Source: Carpediemonas membranifera BICM (lineage: Eukaryota; Protista; Fornicata). Taken from it: a stretch of DNA of 64,000 nucleotides. The notes beneath the pieces are model-generated. The model was not told where the DNA came from, did no database searches, and saw only the letters and a program-made list of their open reading frames with translations. This document shows positions 1 through 10,322 of this stretch, one piece after another (positions within the stretch are counted from its first letter, which is position 1; each line of letters starts with the position of its first letter). The stretch spans positions 316,550 through 380,549 of the forward strand of contig JAHDYR010000008.1 of NCBI GenBank assembly GCA_019828565.1, in the 5' to 3' direction. The position numbers and the translations under genes were made by a program.

Positions 1-1
1 T

Positions 2-337
2 GCTTCGAGCGTCTACCGCAAGTTCTGCCAGACCTTCCCCGGAGATACAGAGTCGGGCAGCCCCCCTGGCCTGCTCCCCCCCAGAGCAACAGTCGCCGCC
101 ACACCGCTGACAAACTTCACAGCCATGCTACTGAAACTGGTCCGGATGGCGAACAAGGGCGACGTAGAGTCGGCCACGCCCCTATTCCAGCACCTGCTCG
201 AGACGTACGGGCCCGAGCTGGGAAGGGATGAGTCATTCGCTGATGAAATCCAACGGATCTCGAAGATCTACTTTAAGATCATGCCGGCGCCAGCGGGGGG
301 ACTCCAAGGGATGCTGAGCTCGCTGTTTGGGATGTAA
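2..337 (+). CDS. GET4: GET4-like (Golgi-to-ER traffic protein 4), 3' part; 5' end outside window
   Basis: Frame open from base 2. PLTNFTAMLL...LFQHLLETY...IQRISKIYF...GGLQGMLSSLFG resembles the GET4 C-terminus. Confidence 0.65.
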   Translation, partial: ASSVYRKFCQTFPGDTESGSPPGLLPPRATVAATPLTNFTAMLLKLVRMANKGDVESATPLFQHLLETYGPELGRDESFADEIQRISKIYFKIMPAPAGGLQGMLSSLFGM

Positions 338-554
338 ATTCGGCTCTCATGCGGACTTGGCATATTGTGTAATCGCTCGTGGTAAGATCTGTCAATGGTG
401 GAAAAATGTCATTCCCCATAGTTTTCCAAGCCCTGGCGAATCCAGTGGGATGGGGCTTGGGCTTGAAGGAGGCGACACGCCACCGACCTCCATAAAATGT
501 GCAGTTTATGATACGAAAAATTCGAGCGAGTGCTCTGCATTAATCGCTGGAATA

Positions 555-2225
555 ATGGAGAATGTTATTGTGTTGAACAGTAGTGCGATGCGCCAAAAGA
601 ACAATGGCAACATTCAGGCCGCTAAGGCTGTAGCTGACGTGATTAGGACAACCCTCGGTCCCTCTGCAGCTCTCAAGATGATCCTGGACCCCATGGGCGG
701 TATTGTCATGACCAACGATGGTAACGCTATTCTTCGTGAGATCGATGTCTCGCATCCTGCTGCCAAGCTCATGCTAGAGATCTCCAGATCTCAGGATGAC
801 AGCGCTGGCGATGGAACGACTGCTGTGATCATTCTGGCTGGTGAGGCGCTTGCTGTCTCTCGCCGCCTGCTCGAGGTAGACCATCTTCACCCTACAATCG
901 TGATTAGCGGCTACTACAAGGCTCTCGAGGAGGCCGTTGCTCACACAAAGACTCTTACCAAGACGATCGACACAAACGACGACGATGAGATACGCACTGT
1001 CATCAAGAGCACTGTCGGCACCAAGTTCGTCAAGTCCTGGAGCGACCTCGTCTGCAACCTCGCGCTGAAGGCTGTCCGCACCGTTGCCGTCACCAAGGAG
1101 GGCCAGGCGACTCCCGAGATCGACATCAAGCGCTATGCTAAGGTCGAGAAGATCCCTGGCGGTGCCGTGGAGGACTGCCAGGTGCTCAACGGCGTTATGA
1201 TCAACAAGGACGTCGTCCACGCCGGCATGGACCGCTTCAAGCGCGACGCCCGTGTTGTTCTTCTGGACTCTTCGTTTGAGTACAAGAAGGCTGAGTCTAC
1301 CCTCGAGATCGACGTCTCCAAGGGCGAGGACTACACCAAGTTCCTCAAGCTCGAGCGGGAGTGGGTCCAGAAGCAGTGCTCGGCCATCCTCGCCGTCAAC
1401 CCCTCCGTGGTCATCACCGAGAAGGGGCTGGACGACGAGGCTCAGGAGATCTTTGCTCGTCACGGCGTTTCATGCATCCGCCGGCTCCGGAAGACCGACC
1501 TGCACCGTGTGGCCCGCGTAACGGGCGCCACTGTTGTCCACCGCATGGAGGACATCAAGGCGTCGGACGTCGGCACCGCCAGCACGTTTGAAATCAAGAA
1601 GATCGGCGATGAGTACTTCACGTTCATCACGCAGGACGAGGACGTCCCAGTCCAGCCCAAGGCCTGCTCCATCCTGCTCCGCGGCGCCAGTAAGGACGTC
1701 CTGAACGAGATTGAGCGCAACCTTGCCGACGCCATGAACGTTGCCCGTAACATCATCATCGACCCCCGTCTGCTGCCCGGCGGCGGCGCATACGAGATGG
1801 CCCTCGCCACCCACCTCGCCAAGTGCTCCCAAAAGATCACTGGGCTCGAGCAGAAGGCGTATGCGGCCCTAGCCTCGTCGTTCGAGGTCATCCCGCGCAC
1901 GCTCGCCCAAAACTGCGGCGCTGAGGTCATCCGCGTCGTGACTGAGCTCCGCTCGATGCACAACAAGCCCGGCATGGAGACCTGGGGCGTGGACGGCTAC
2001 ACCGGCAAGCTACAGGACATGGCTGCGGCCAACATCTGGGACCCCATGTCCGTCCGACTCCAGTGCGTCAAGACGGCCGTGGAGAACGCCACCCACCTCC
2101 TTCGTATCGACGACGTCATCTCCGGGACCACCCCCTCTGCCGGTCGGGGACAGCGGGCGGCCCAGGAGCAGGCGGCGGGCATGGACACGCAGGGCATGGA
2201 CGTCCGCGGGATGAACACGTTGTAA
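555..2225 (+). CDS. CCT3: T-complex protein 1 / CCT gamma subunit
   Basis: NIQAAKAVADVIRTTLGP, MILDPMGGIVMTNDGNAILREI, GDGTT, EIDIKRYAKVEKIPGG; first ATG at 555. Confidence 0.95.
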   Translation: MENVIVLNSSAMRQKNNGNIQAAKAVADVIRTTLGPSAALKMILDPMGGIVMTNDGNAILREIDVSHPAAKLMLEISRSQDDSAGDGTTAVIILAGEALAVSRRLLEVDHLHPTIVISGYYKALEEAVAHTKTLTKTIDTNDDDEIRTVIKSTVGTKFVKSWSDLVCNLALKAVRTVAVTKEGQATPEIDIKRYAKVEKIPGGAVEDCQVLNGVMINKDVVHAGMDRFKRDARVVLLDSSFEYKKAESTLEIDVSKGEDYTKFLKLEREWVQKQCSAILAVNPSVVITEKGLDDEAQEIFARHGVSCIRRLRKTDLHRVARVTGATVVHRMEDIKASDVGTASTFEIKKIGDEYFTFITQDEDVPVQPKACSILLRGASKDVLNEIERNLADAMNVARNIIIDPRLLPGGGAYEMALATHLAKCSQKITGLEQKAYAALASSFEVIPRTLAQNCGAEVIRVVTELRSMHNKPGMETWGVDGYTGKLQDMAAANIWDPMSVRLQCVKTAVENATHLLRIDDVISGTTPSAGRGQRAAQEQAAGMDTQGMDVRGMNTL

Positions 2226-2921
2226 ATTGCTGGCTTAGCGCCCGTTCTTTGGTCGGCTCCTGTCTTGTGTACTTTGTGAAAGCCACAGGGGAAGGGTGTT
2301 TTCTGGAGGGACCAAAGCGCGTGAGACGGGGCTTGCTAGTACTATACTTCACGCACCTCAATAAAGGTGTTGGAGGCCCTCTTACTCGAGGCTAACCCTA
2401 GCCGCGGTCGCCTCTTCACAGCTGACCATCGTATCATTTACGATCAACTTCTTTGTCTATCCGGAGTCATGTGAGCGACAACGCCCAATGAGACGTGGGG
2501 AGCTGGTGTAGCTTCAAGCATGAAATGATGCAGCTCGGCAGTGTCGAAGCAACATCCCCACTTCGGTCACCCACCAATGTCGGGTTGAGTCTGGAGATAG
2601 TCAAGTTATGCTGCTGTCGATATATTGTAACATGGCGTGGGCGACAGAGACTCAGCCACCGTCACCTTCTCTTGTCATGGTTCATACTCGTCCACACGGG
2701 ATGCAGGTGACCCACTCCCTCAGTCGACAGCCCTGGTCCGCCTCTATTTAGTATCCATTTCCAGTAGTAGCAACCTGTTTCCCCGGTAACATACCCAGCC
2801 CGACTGGTATACGTCCCTCCAACTCCCTCGTCCTTCACAGATCTCCAGTCGAGCCCATGCCCTGCCGAGTGCCCGGAGTTTGACCTCCCTTGCGTAACCT
2901 AGTCAGTACAAACCGAGTTCC

Positions 2922-4557
2922 TGTGCTGCGCAGGATTAGAATTGTTGAGTCCAAAACACACAGTGATCCAAGCAGCATCAGGATCGCAGTGTGGTTCATC
3001 ATACTCTATCAATCGTGCGCTGCATATCACGCGCGCTGCAGCGCGTGTTTGCTCAACTTAGCAAGTTAATGATAGCGAGGAAGAGCACCTCTCTGGGAGT
3101 CGTAGTGGAAAGGAGATTGCTCCATCTGATCTGAAGTTGCATCGAAGGTGCACCAAAGGATGTTCTCGCTGGCGCTCTTATCTCGGTGAGAGAGATTGAG
3201 AAGTATGTCTGCTCGGGAGCCGACGTAGCCGTTCAACGCGCCATGGAGCTCCCTCGCACGCGGGATTCTGGCAGAGCATGGTGCGGTGTGTGTGCACCAC
3301 GCGTCTGAAGTGTGCTTTGCAGTATGGGCACACGATGGAAGTGCGGAATTCGGAGACCATCGTGACAGTCACGACGACGTTGTGCCGGAGCATGATGCCA
3401 GGAAGAGCTCGAGCAAAGTGGCGGTACGGAGCACACGAGGGAGTGCTGGCGGAACCGAACAGTGCAGCCCCATACGCGACGGTGAATGGGCTCCGGGGGG
3501 CGCCCGCCGAGATCATCCAGGAGTTGACGTCCAGCCCGGGTGAAGTGCTTCAGGCGCAGACAGTGATTGGCAAAAGTCGCACGGCGGAAACACTTTCTCG
3601 TCCCCTCGTTGATGATCTGAACGATGTTCTCATGGACAAACCTAATCGACTGTTTGAGAGCCTCTAGACTTGTCGTTTTGAACGATGCTGCGCTCATATT
3701 CACACGGAAAGAGGGGGTGGCAGTGTAGCCACACTTAGCGAGCACGCCAGATACACTCTGCCCGTCTGGGCGGCGGATCGTGTAGCCGCCCAGCGACCGA
3801 GCACCAGGGTCGAAGCCCATGCGAGCTTGAATGTCCGGGGCAGGAGTAGCCTCGGCGTCATCCTGACCGAGCCGAGCCCGCTTGTTGCTGCTACCCTTTT
3901 TGTACGTGGGCCGGTCAGCCACCCGACCGCCACGGTATTTCTCGCGACCCACCCAAACCGTCACAGCAACAGAGACCCCGTCTATCGTCACAGAGAGCAC
4001 TCTGCGGAGCTTGGTGATGTCGCCGTGATCACGCTCGTATTCAGCCACCTGCTCGTCGGTCAAATTCTTGGTTGCTGACCAATTCACGTGCACACGGAGG
4101 CGCCTCTTCATCGCTGGGGTGAGCGCTGTTACTCCGCGGCAATGGACGACAGATGAGCGCGTAACAGACGAGCACAGACGCGAAAGAAGACAGCAGCGTT
4201 CGACACAGACGATGGACGGCAGACGACGCATCTTTTTGTGCAGACCGACGACTGAAAGCACGACAGCCCGATCGTACAGACGAGGGCTGAAGTGGGTGAG
4301 TGGAGGTAGTGTGCTGCGCAGGATTAGAATTGTTGAGTCTAAAAACAAGAAACTAGTTTCTGCTGGAGCGAGAACCAAGATCCCGCCCAGAACCGTCGCT
4401 CTTACCATCGCCGACGCCCTCATGTCCGCTACCCTTCTGGTGTACGACAGGTGGGCCGTCAGACTGAACCTGTGCAGTCCTCTGGAGTTCATCCCAGGGG
4501 GGTCGACAGCCTAAGTCACCTTTACATGAATCCTCCACATAAACCCTCTGAACACCA
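2922..4557 (-). mobile_element. Fanzor-carrying non-autonomous element 1 (TG...CA ends, 5-bp TSD GTTCC)
   Basis: GTTCC at 2917-2921 and 4558-4562. Starts TG and ends CA. Terminal 30 bp (2922-2951) exactly repeated at 4310-4339. Contains a Fanzor pseudogene. Confidence 0.8.
3066..4130 (-). pseudogene. 5'-truncated, frameshifted Fanzor1/TnpB-like RuvC nuclease
   Basis: SVTIDGVSV, RuvC-I GFDPG, VAYGAALF, SEFRTS, CPYC...CQNPAC zinc finger, SHRDKSASENI (RuvC-III). Motifs are spread over three frames (shifts near 3500 and 3200-3250); stop at 3066-3068. 5' limit approximate. Confidence 0.8.
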
Positions 4558-4596
4558 GTTCCCACTCACTAAACTGCACTCAAGACGACAACCGCG

Positions 4597-6195
4597 ATGG
4601 TCTCGATCACAGGACAGTTTCGAGCCCAAGAAGAACGATACAAGAAACGCATAGCAGAATTGAAAGACTGGCTAACGGCGAAGAAGGTAGAAAGCGTCCA
4701 AATCGAGGACTACGTAGCTGCAGACCGCTGCAAACGAGCGCTGCTAAAGATGGAGGAACTTGGAGACAACCTATTGCGTCTTCATGAGATGAAAGTCTCT
4801 GCTACCATCAACGAGGACTACGATTCGGCCCAAGAGATGAGCCTTGCCTCCCGAGAAATTTCCGACTACTTCTCTCGCCCCAACGAGGAGCTGCTGGTCT
4901 CCCTCAGCAAGGTGCAGACCACCCCCATTGTCGATGAACCCGAGCCAGTCCAGCAGCCTGCCGCCCGGACCCCCACCCCGCCCCCGCCGGTCTTGGACGA
5001 CAGACAGACCCAGCCCAGCCAAGCGAGGGAGACATACGAGCCCGAGCCTGTATACGAGGCAGTACGGGAGCCTACGCCCAAGGTGCCTTCCCGCGGCCCC
5101 ACGCCAGCCCCAGTCAAGCCAGTAGCCCAGCCTGCCCCGGCAGTGTCTGACCCCTTTGCCTCAAAGCGGATCACAGAAGATACCCCGATCATGCCGAAGA
5201 CGAACCCAGCCTCCATATACGGCCCACATACCGGCACAACCGGCCTCGCCCACGACGACATGCCCGTGGGCGGCGGGTCGGGTCCGTCCATCGCAGAATA
5301 CGCCGAGGACGAGCCCCAGGCGGAGGAGGAGGACGAGGCGCCGCCACCCATCCCCACGCGCGAGTCGAACAAAGAGGATGTCATGTTTATGCAGGGTTTC
5401 TTCGGCGAGGACTTCGTGCGGCGTCTGCTGTCGGCCAAGCACAGGCTTGGTCTGGTCGCCCAGATCGTCGAGGCGTTCGAGCTCAGGGTGGTCGATCGCC
5501 CAGAAGAGTGTGCCAGGGTGACGTCGTATCTCTTCGCACGACTGCTCAAGGACAGCAACGCCAAGATTGTCACCAAGAGCAACGAGGCATTCACCGCAGT
5601 GTTGGATCTCCTGATCGAGCACGAGATTGACCTTGGCACACTCCGGCCGGTCGTGGAAGTGTGCGCGTCTCGCCTTGCCGACCGTCAGAAGATTGCACGC
5701 GACACAATGGAGCTGATCCTTGTGGTCCTATCCGGAGTCATCGGAGTCCACAATATTTTCCCAATCGTATCAAATCTGAAGAAGACGAAGAATCAAAAGG
5801 CTTGGGGCAACCATGCCGTCCTGGTCTACGAGCTGATCAAGGACGTCACCCTTTCCCTCGACGGCGCCAACAACAGCGTGAGTGTGAAGGTCCTCGATCC
5901 CTTCGTGACCCAGCTGCTGACCTCAACAGACCCGGATGCCCGGGCGGCAGCGATCGATATACTTTGTTTCGTGTATCTCCTGCCCGACCGTAACGCCGTG
6001 GTACGTCACATCCAGAGCATGACGAGCAAGGTTACTAACCGGCCACTGCTGAACACCATTGCGAGTCGGCTGAGCGAGGTGCTGACGTCGATGCCCGACG
6101 ACACCCCGCCCGACCAGCTCCCGCCGAGCATGGGCGTGGTGGAGCACAGGTCGGAGAGCGAGGCCAAGGTTTATAAGCTTTGTGTGGTTGGATGA
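4597..6195 (+). CDS. CEP104-like protein (UVR-like coiled coils + TOG/HEAT domain); N-terminal exons may lie upstream
   Basis: K..SVQIEDYVAA and K.SATINEDYDSA repeats, Pro-rich linker, HEAT-like C-half (LLKDSNAKIV, LTSTDPDARAAAIDIL). Confidence 0.55.
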   Translation: MVSITGQFRAQEERYKKRIAELKDWLTAKKVESVQIEDYVAADRCKRALLKMEELGDNLLRLHEMKVSATINEDYDSAQEMSLASREISDYFSRPNEELLVSLSKVQTTPIVDEPEPVQQPAARTPTPPPPVLDDRQTQPSQARETYEPEPVYEAVREPTPKVPSRGPTPAPVKPVAQPAPAVSDPFASKRITEDTPIMPKTNPASIYGPHTGTTGLAHDDMPVGGGSGPSIAEYAEDEPQAEEEDEAPPPIPTRESNKEDVMFMQGFFGEDFVRRLLSAKHRLGLVAQIVEAFELRVVDRPEECARVTSYLFARLLKDSNAKIVTKSNEAFTAVLDLLIEHEIDLGTLRPVVEVCASRLADRQKIARDTMELILVVLSGVIGVHNIFPIVSNLKKTKNQKAWGNHAVLVYELIKDVTLSLDGANNSVSVKVLDPFVTQLLTSTDPDARAAAIDILCFVYLLPDRNAVVRHIQSMTSKVTNRPLLNTIASRLSEVLTSMPDDTPPDQLPPSMGVVEHRSESEAKVYKLCVVG

Positions 6196-6374
6196 GGGGC
6201 GGGGGTGCATATTATGGTAAATTGTTTATGTCAACAAAGTGAATGTCGTAAACGGCAGACGTCACGAGGATGCTCTTGGGATTGTTACCACAGCCGGGTG
6301 GCCGCATGGCCGGAGTGAGTCTGCCTATTGGCACATGTAGGGCTGTGATGGGGCTGTTTGCCATGTTTTCCATG

Positions 6375-6416
6375 TGAAGTATCATAGAGTGCACAGCACT
6401 GCGTCTCTCCACTTCA
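6375..6416 (-). ncRNA. Candidate omegaRNA 3' scaffold hairpin at the element right end
   Basis: UGAAGU...AGUGC-UGU-GCACU...ACUUCA nested stem-loop starting at the Fanzor stop codon and ending exactly at the terminus. Function inferred from known Fanzor/TnpB layout. Confidence 0.45.
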
Positions 6417-8399
6417 ATTAGCTTGCCCGGAGGCGAAGACTAGCCGCTGGTTAGCCGTAATTGGTGTATTGGGGTTATAGTTGGGAAGACGGGCTGGATT
6501 TCTGAAAGCACTGGCTTGATACTGTGCATCCGTCATGAGGCCGCAATCCAAGATGTTCTGTGCAGCAGTCTTGTCTCTGTGGGAGAGATTGAGTTAAGTG
6601 GTGGTGGTAGGATCGGAATTGAGGCGTTGCTGTCTGTACCATGGAGCACCTTGACAATTCGGGTTGTGGCATCGCATCGTGCGCCTCGTGTAGCGAGTTC
6701 TACGGAACCTCGCGCGGCAGAGGGGGCAGACGAGTGAGGTTCAGAACTTGTTAGTCATCCGCACTTCAGCAGTGATGTTGAAAGCTCTCATGATGTGTGC
6801 TAGTAAGGTAGCAAAGCGACCATACGGCGCGCATGGATGCACCCGACGGGGCGTCTTGAATCTAGCGCTTCCGTAGAAGACAACCAGCCTGGTGGGGGCT
6901 GCCCGGGGAGGGGCAATACTGCGAGGGAGTCGCCGAGGAGTCCATCCTAGGGTGCGAGCAAGCTGCTCCCCAGCTCTGTGGAAGTGCTTTGGACGCAAGA
7001 TGTGGTTCGTCAGGCGCACTCTGCGGAAGCTCTTGACCATCCCAGCGTCGAATATTTCCTGCTCGTGGAGGAGCACAAACCTAATCGAGTTTTGTAGACT
7101 ATCTAGATTTGTACTTTTGAATGACGCAGGAGTCATATCGAACGCGAAGCTGGGGGTCTTGGTGTACCCACACTTCGGGACCACACCGGAGCTGGTGGTG
7201 CCATCTGGGTGGCGGATGAAGAATCCACCCAGAGCCCGAGCAACCGGGTCGAAACCCATGAGGTGGGCATCGGGGTCTGGCGCGGGGCGAGCATCTGCGT
7301 CATCCACACCCAGACGCTCCCGAGCCTTTCGCTTCATCGTCGGGTTGCCACTGGCACGTCTGTTGACGTATGGCAGAGCACCAACTTGGACCGTGAGGTC
7401 CACGGCGACCCCATCTGTCTTGACAGACAGCACCCGACGGATGTTCGGAGGAAGAGCCTCCAGCTGCTCTCGCGTCATGCGCTCAGTGGCGTGATGCTCC
7501 GGGTCGACCCCAAATTGGGCAAGCCAAGCCGGGTTCAGCACGTTGAGAGAACAGGGAACGTGCATGAACCCGGGGCGGACCGGAGCCATCGGGACAAGCG
7601 GAACAAGTTTGGGGCCCGCCAGCGGCTTGTCACCCGGAAGAGGTGGATGGGCGGTGTTGAATGCCGCAACCATATCCGTGAGCTCTCCCAGAGCCGCGGA
7701 GATCCGCCAGACGCAGGGCAGCGTGAGTAGAACGCCCTCGTCGACTCGTCCCGGAGTTGAGATCTTTGCAAGGTGCTCATCAACGATCGCCTTGACAGCG
7801 CGTTGTTCGGTGCGCAACCGGGTGATGTCGTCCCGGGGCACGTCTGGATCACGCTGAGTCAGGGCAGTGTCGACCCGAGTGATGATCTTCGCCAGGCGCC
7901 AGCAGTAACCTTCAAGGGCATTGACGAGCGACAGCTTGGTGCTCGTGGCATATTCGCCCAGCCACACGTCGAACTCGCGAGGGCACTGTTGACGAGCTGC
8001 CCTGAAGGCGGTGCAGAGGCGGATGATGAACTCGTCATGCCACAGTGGCATCTCGGCTATTGAGGTGACAACCTGCCGAACTGCGGCGTATTTTTTCGCG
8101 CCCAGGAAGCGGTCGACGAGTGAGTCGGCGGCGAGGTTTCGGTACTCTCCACTTCGTCGGTAGGCGACGATAACGATGGCCTGGTGCAGAGCCTGGTCAT
8201 GCACGGGCAAGGAGAGATTGGCGTGGTGGCAACACGCGGCGATGTATGACAGAAGGCAAGTGTGAAAGTACTTGGCCTTCGTGAACGAGCAGAGCCTGTT
8301 CTCCAATCCGGCGTAGAAGTCCGCGATGAAAGGAATCACGTTTCTACGGTTATGGAGAACGGAGGATATGGAGAACTTGACCGTATAGATGCTGGTCAT
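6414..8399 (-). pseudogene. Full-length (~660 codons) Fanzor1-like nuclease with two in-frame stops
   Basis: One frame: SVKTDGVAV, GFDPV, FYGSARF, NKF*TS (element 1 has SEFRTS), CPLC...CHNPNC, then TAA at 6594-6596, then SHRDKTAAQNI; natural stop at 6414-6416. Confidence 0.88.
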
Positions 8400-8885
8400 G
8401 CGAAGCTCTGCGTTTTGCGGTGAATGAACCGATCACTTGTTAACAACACACATCAAAGACGACAGACGTTTAATGAACGAGACTATGCAGTGATAATGGC
8501 GAGAATTAGAAGAACTGAAGTGTTTTATCTTCAGGCAGCGGCATAGAAGAGCCCGCTGTGCGATGGAAGGCCATGGTGATGATTGCAAGGACGTCATGAT
8601 CAAGACCCCGAAATCCGACAAGCGGAAGAGAGCGGATGGAAGTAAGATGGGGTAGACGATAGGTGGGAAGCTAGTTGCTTGGCGAGAGGACTGGAGAAGC
8701 ACTGATTGATGACCCCCGACGATGATGACTGACTATCGAAATATCACTCTCAAGAAGAAGGAAGGGAGAGCGGGAAGGGGTAATGAAGTATCATAGAGTG
8801 CACAGTGCAAGCAGTAAAGTAAGACTCTTGTTGTATCGAGTCCTCACCATGATCGATCGCAGGATAGTGGCAGTGAAGTTTGGGC

Positions 8886-10322
8886 ATGAGCGAGGACGAC
8901 GACGATCTCTTCGCGAAGCTCATACACAGTGTGGATGACGAGGAGTTGAGCTTTATAGACGACTATGACGATGTCGGTGGCTACTACAATATTTCCGAAC
9001 GAATGCTCCCGCCAGTTGATCCTTTCTTTGCTGCGGGGACATTTCCGAACGCAGAGCCCCTTGGACATGATCAAGCCCATTCATTTTTCCAATCCAATCC
9101 GCCACAGTTGCCATCTCCCTCCTTCAGGATGGACTTTGGCGCGCCATCTTGGAGCCCCGCGAGCTCCGCCCCCGTGCCGCCGTCCGAGCCGGATCCGGCA
9201 CCTGCTCAGCCTGCAGACAAGCCACCTACAGACTCGAAGCCGAAGGATCCCGCCCCTGCAACAAGGGAGAGGTCGAAGTCCCACTCCAAGCCCAGGGCCC
9301 CGTCGACCCAGACCAGCCCGGCCTCGTTCGCATACGAGGACCCTGACCTCACGATGCCAGACATCCCCAAGCTCGACATAGCGACGTATACTCCTGGTCT
9401 GGGCAAGAAGCAGGTGTCCAGGTTGAGGAGACGGCGCCATGACCGAGACGATACGCCGGCCAAGGGCAAGGAGAGCAACGTAGAGGCCAACGATAGACCC
9501 ACCCCGCCCGCTGTGGCGACGTCTATCCCCATTGCCGAGCTGAGCCTTGAGTTCCCCCTCTGTCTTGGGGCGTTCAGACGGCTGCTGGAGGTACTGTTCG
9601 TGGGGGCCGGTGCGGGTCTGCTAATCGGCTCACAGATACTCTCGACGCTCATGGACGTCCACCGCAGCGCCCTCCGTGGGCTTATAGTGCACTGGGTCCA
9701 TGTGACGAGCCTGCTTGCCCTAGCTCTCGGCCTGCCCGTTCTAGTGAGGCTGGACGAGGCGCTGCTGCCCCTAGTCCTGCTGTACATCAGCGTCTTCACC
9801 CTCTGCCCCACCGCGGCCCCGCTGACGGGTCGGACCGTTCTCACCAACATCCGACACCGCTGGCTTTATCTCACAGTCACCCTCGCGGTCATAGGCGTGC
9901 TTAGGACACCTCTCATCACCTGGCTGGGCCTAGTGGCCGAGTTCAACGCTCCCCTGCGAATGTGCACGGCGTACATGGTGCTCATTTTCCACACGGGCCT
10001 GACGTTCTGCATGCCAGTCGTGATCCACTGGCTCATCGTCTCGGTCCTATCCATCCTGGGAGGCGGGTCGACCCTCGTGCTGTACGTGGTCGCCCTCACC
10101 ATAGTCATCTCATCCACCAGCGCCGCCTTCTGTGCTGCTGAGGGGTCTATTGTCGGCCCGGCTCTCCCCAAGGGAGCCAAGCTGGACCCCGGGAAACCAG
10201 GGGTGGCACTGGCTATGTCGGGGGACCTTACCAAGAAGGCAGAGGTCGAGGCCACTGTGCATGTGACCAAGAGGAAGAGGCCGCCCTCTCTCAAGCCGAG
10301 GCGTGGTCGGCGGGGCCGGTGA
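8886..10322 (+). CDS. Hypothetical multi-pass membrane protein
   Basis: Long ORF with acidic/Pro-rich N-half, several hydrophobic segments and a basic tail; TAAA 8 nt after the stop. Confidence 0.7.
   Translation: MSEDDDDLFAKLIHSVDDEELSFIDDYDDVGGYYNISERMLPPVDPFFAAGTFPNAEPLGHDQAHSFFQSNPPQLPSPSFRMDFGAPSWSPASSAPVPPSEPDPAPAQPADKPPTDSKPKDPAPATRERSKSHSKPRAPSTQTSPASFAYEDPDLTMPDIPKLDIATYTPGLGKKQVSRLRRRRHDRDDTPAKGKESNVEANDRPTPPAVATSIPIAELSLEFPLCLGAFRRLLEVLFVGAGAGLLIGSQILSTLMDVHRSALRGLIVHWVHVTSLLALALGLPVLVRLDEALLPLVLLYISVFTLCPTAAPLTGRTVLTNIRHRWLYLTVTLAVIGVLRTPLITWLGLVAEFNAPLRMCTAYMVLIFHTGLTFCMPVVIHWLIVSVLSILGGGSTLVLYVVALTIVISSTSAAFCAAEGSIVGPALPKGAKLDPGKPGVALAMSGDLTKKAEVEATVHVTKRKRPPSLKPRRGRRGR

Larger units (their letters stand above)
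6375..8846 (-). mobile_element. Fanzor-carrying non-autonomous element 2 (TG...CA ends, 5-bp TSD CCATG)
   Basis: CCATG at 6370-6374 and 8847-8851. Terminal 22 bp (6375-6396) exactly repeated at 8784-8805. The unit 8784-8846 recurs alone at 22417-22479. Confidence 0.88.

Noticed and set aside
2393-2401. Telomere-like TAACCCTA (also AGGGTTAG near 25351)
   Set aside because: Single units, expected by chance.
4130-4492. N-terminal part of ORF 3233-4492 as Fanzor sequence
   Set aside because: It reads through the terminal unit and CAGACG repeats and has no similarity to the full-length Fanzor of element 2.
6741-6743. Stop-codon reassignment or readthrough in Fanzor-2
   Set aside because: TGA, TAA and TAG all end host genes here; an adjacent catalytic E>K change indicates decay.
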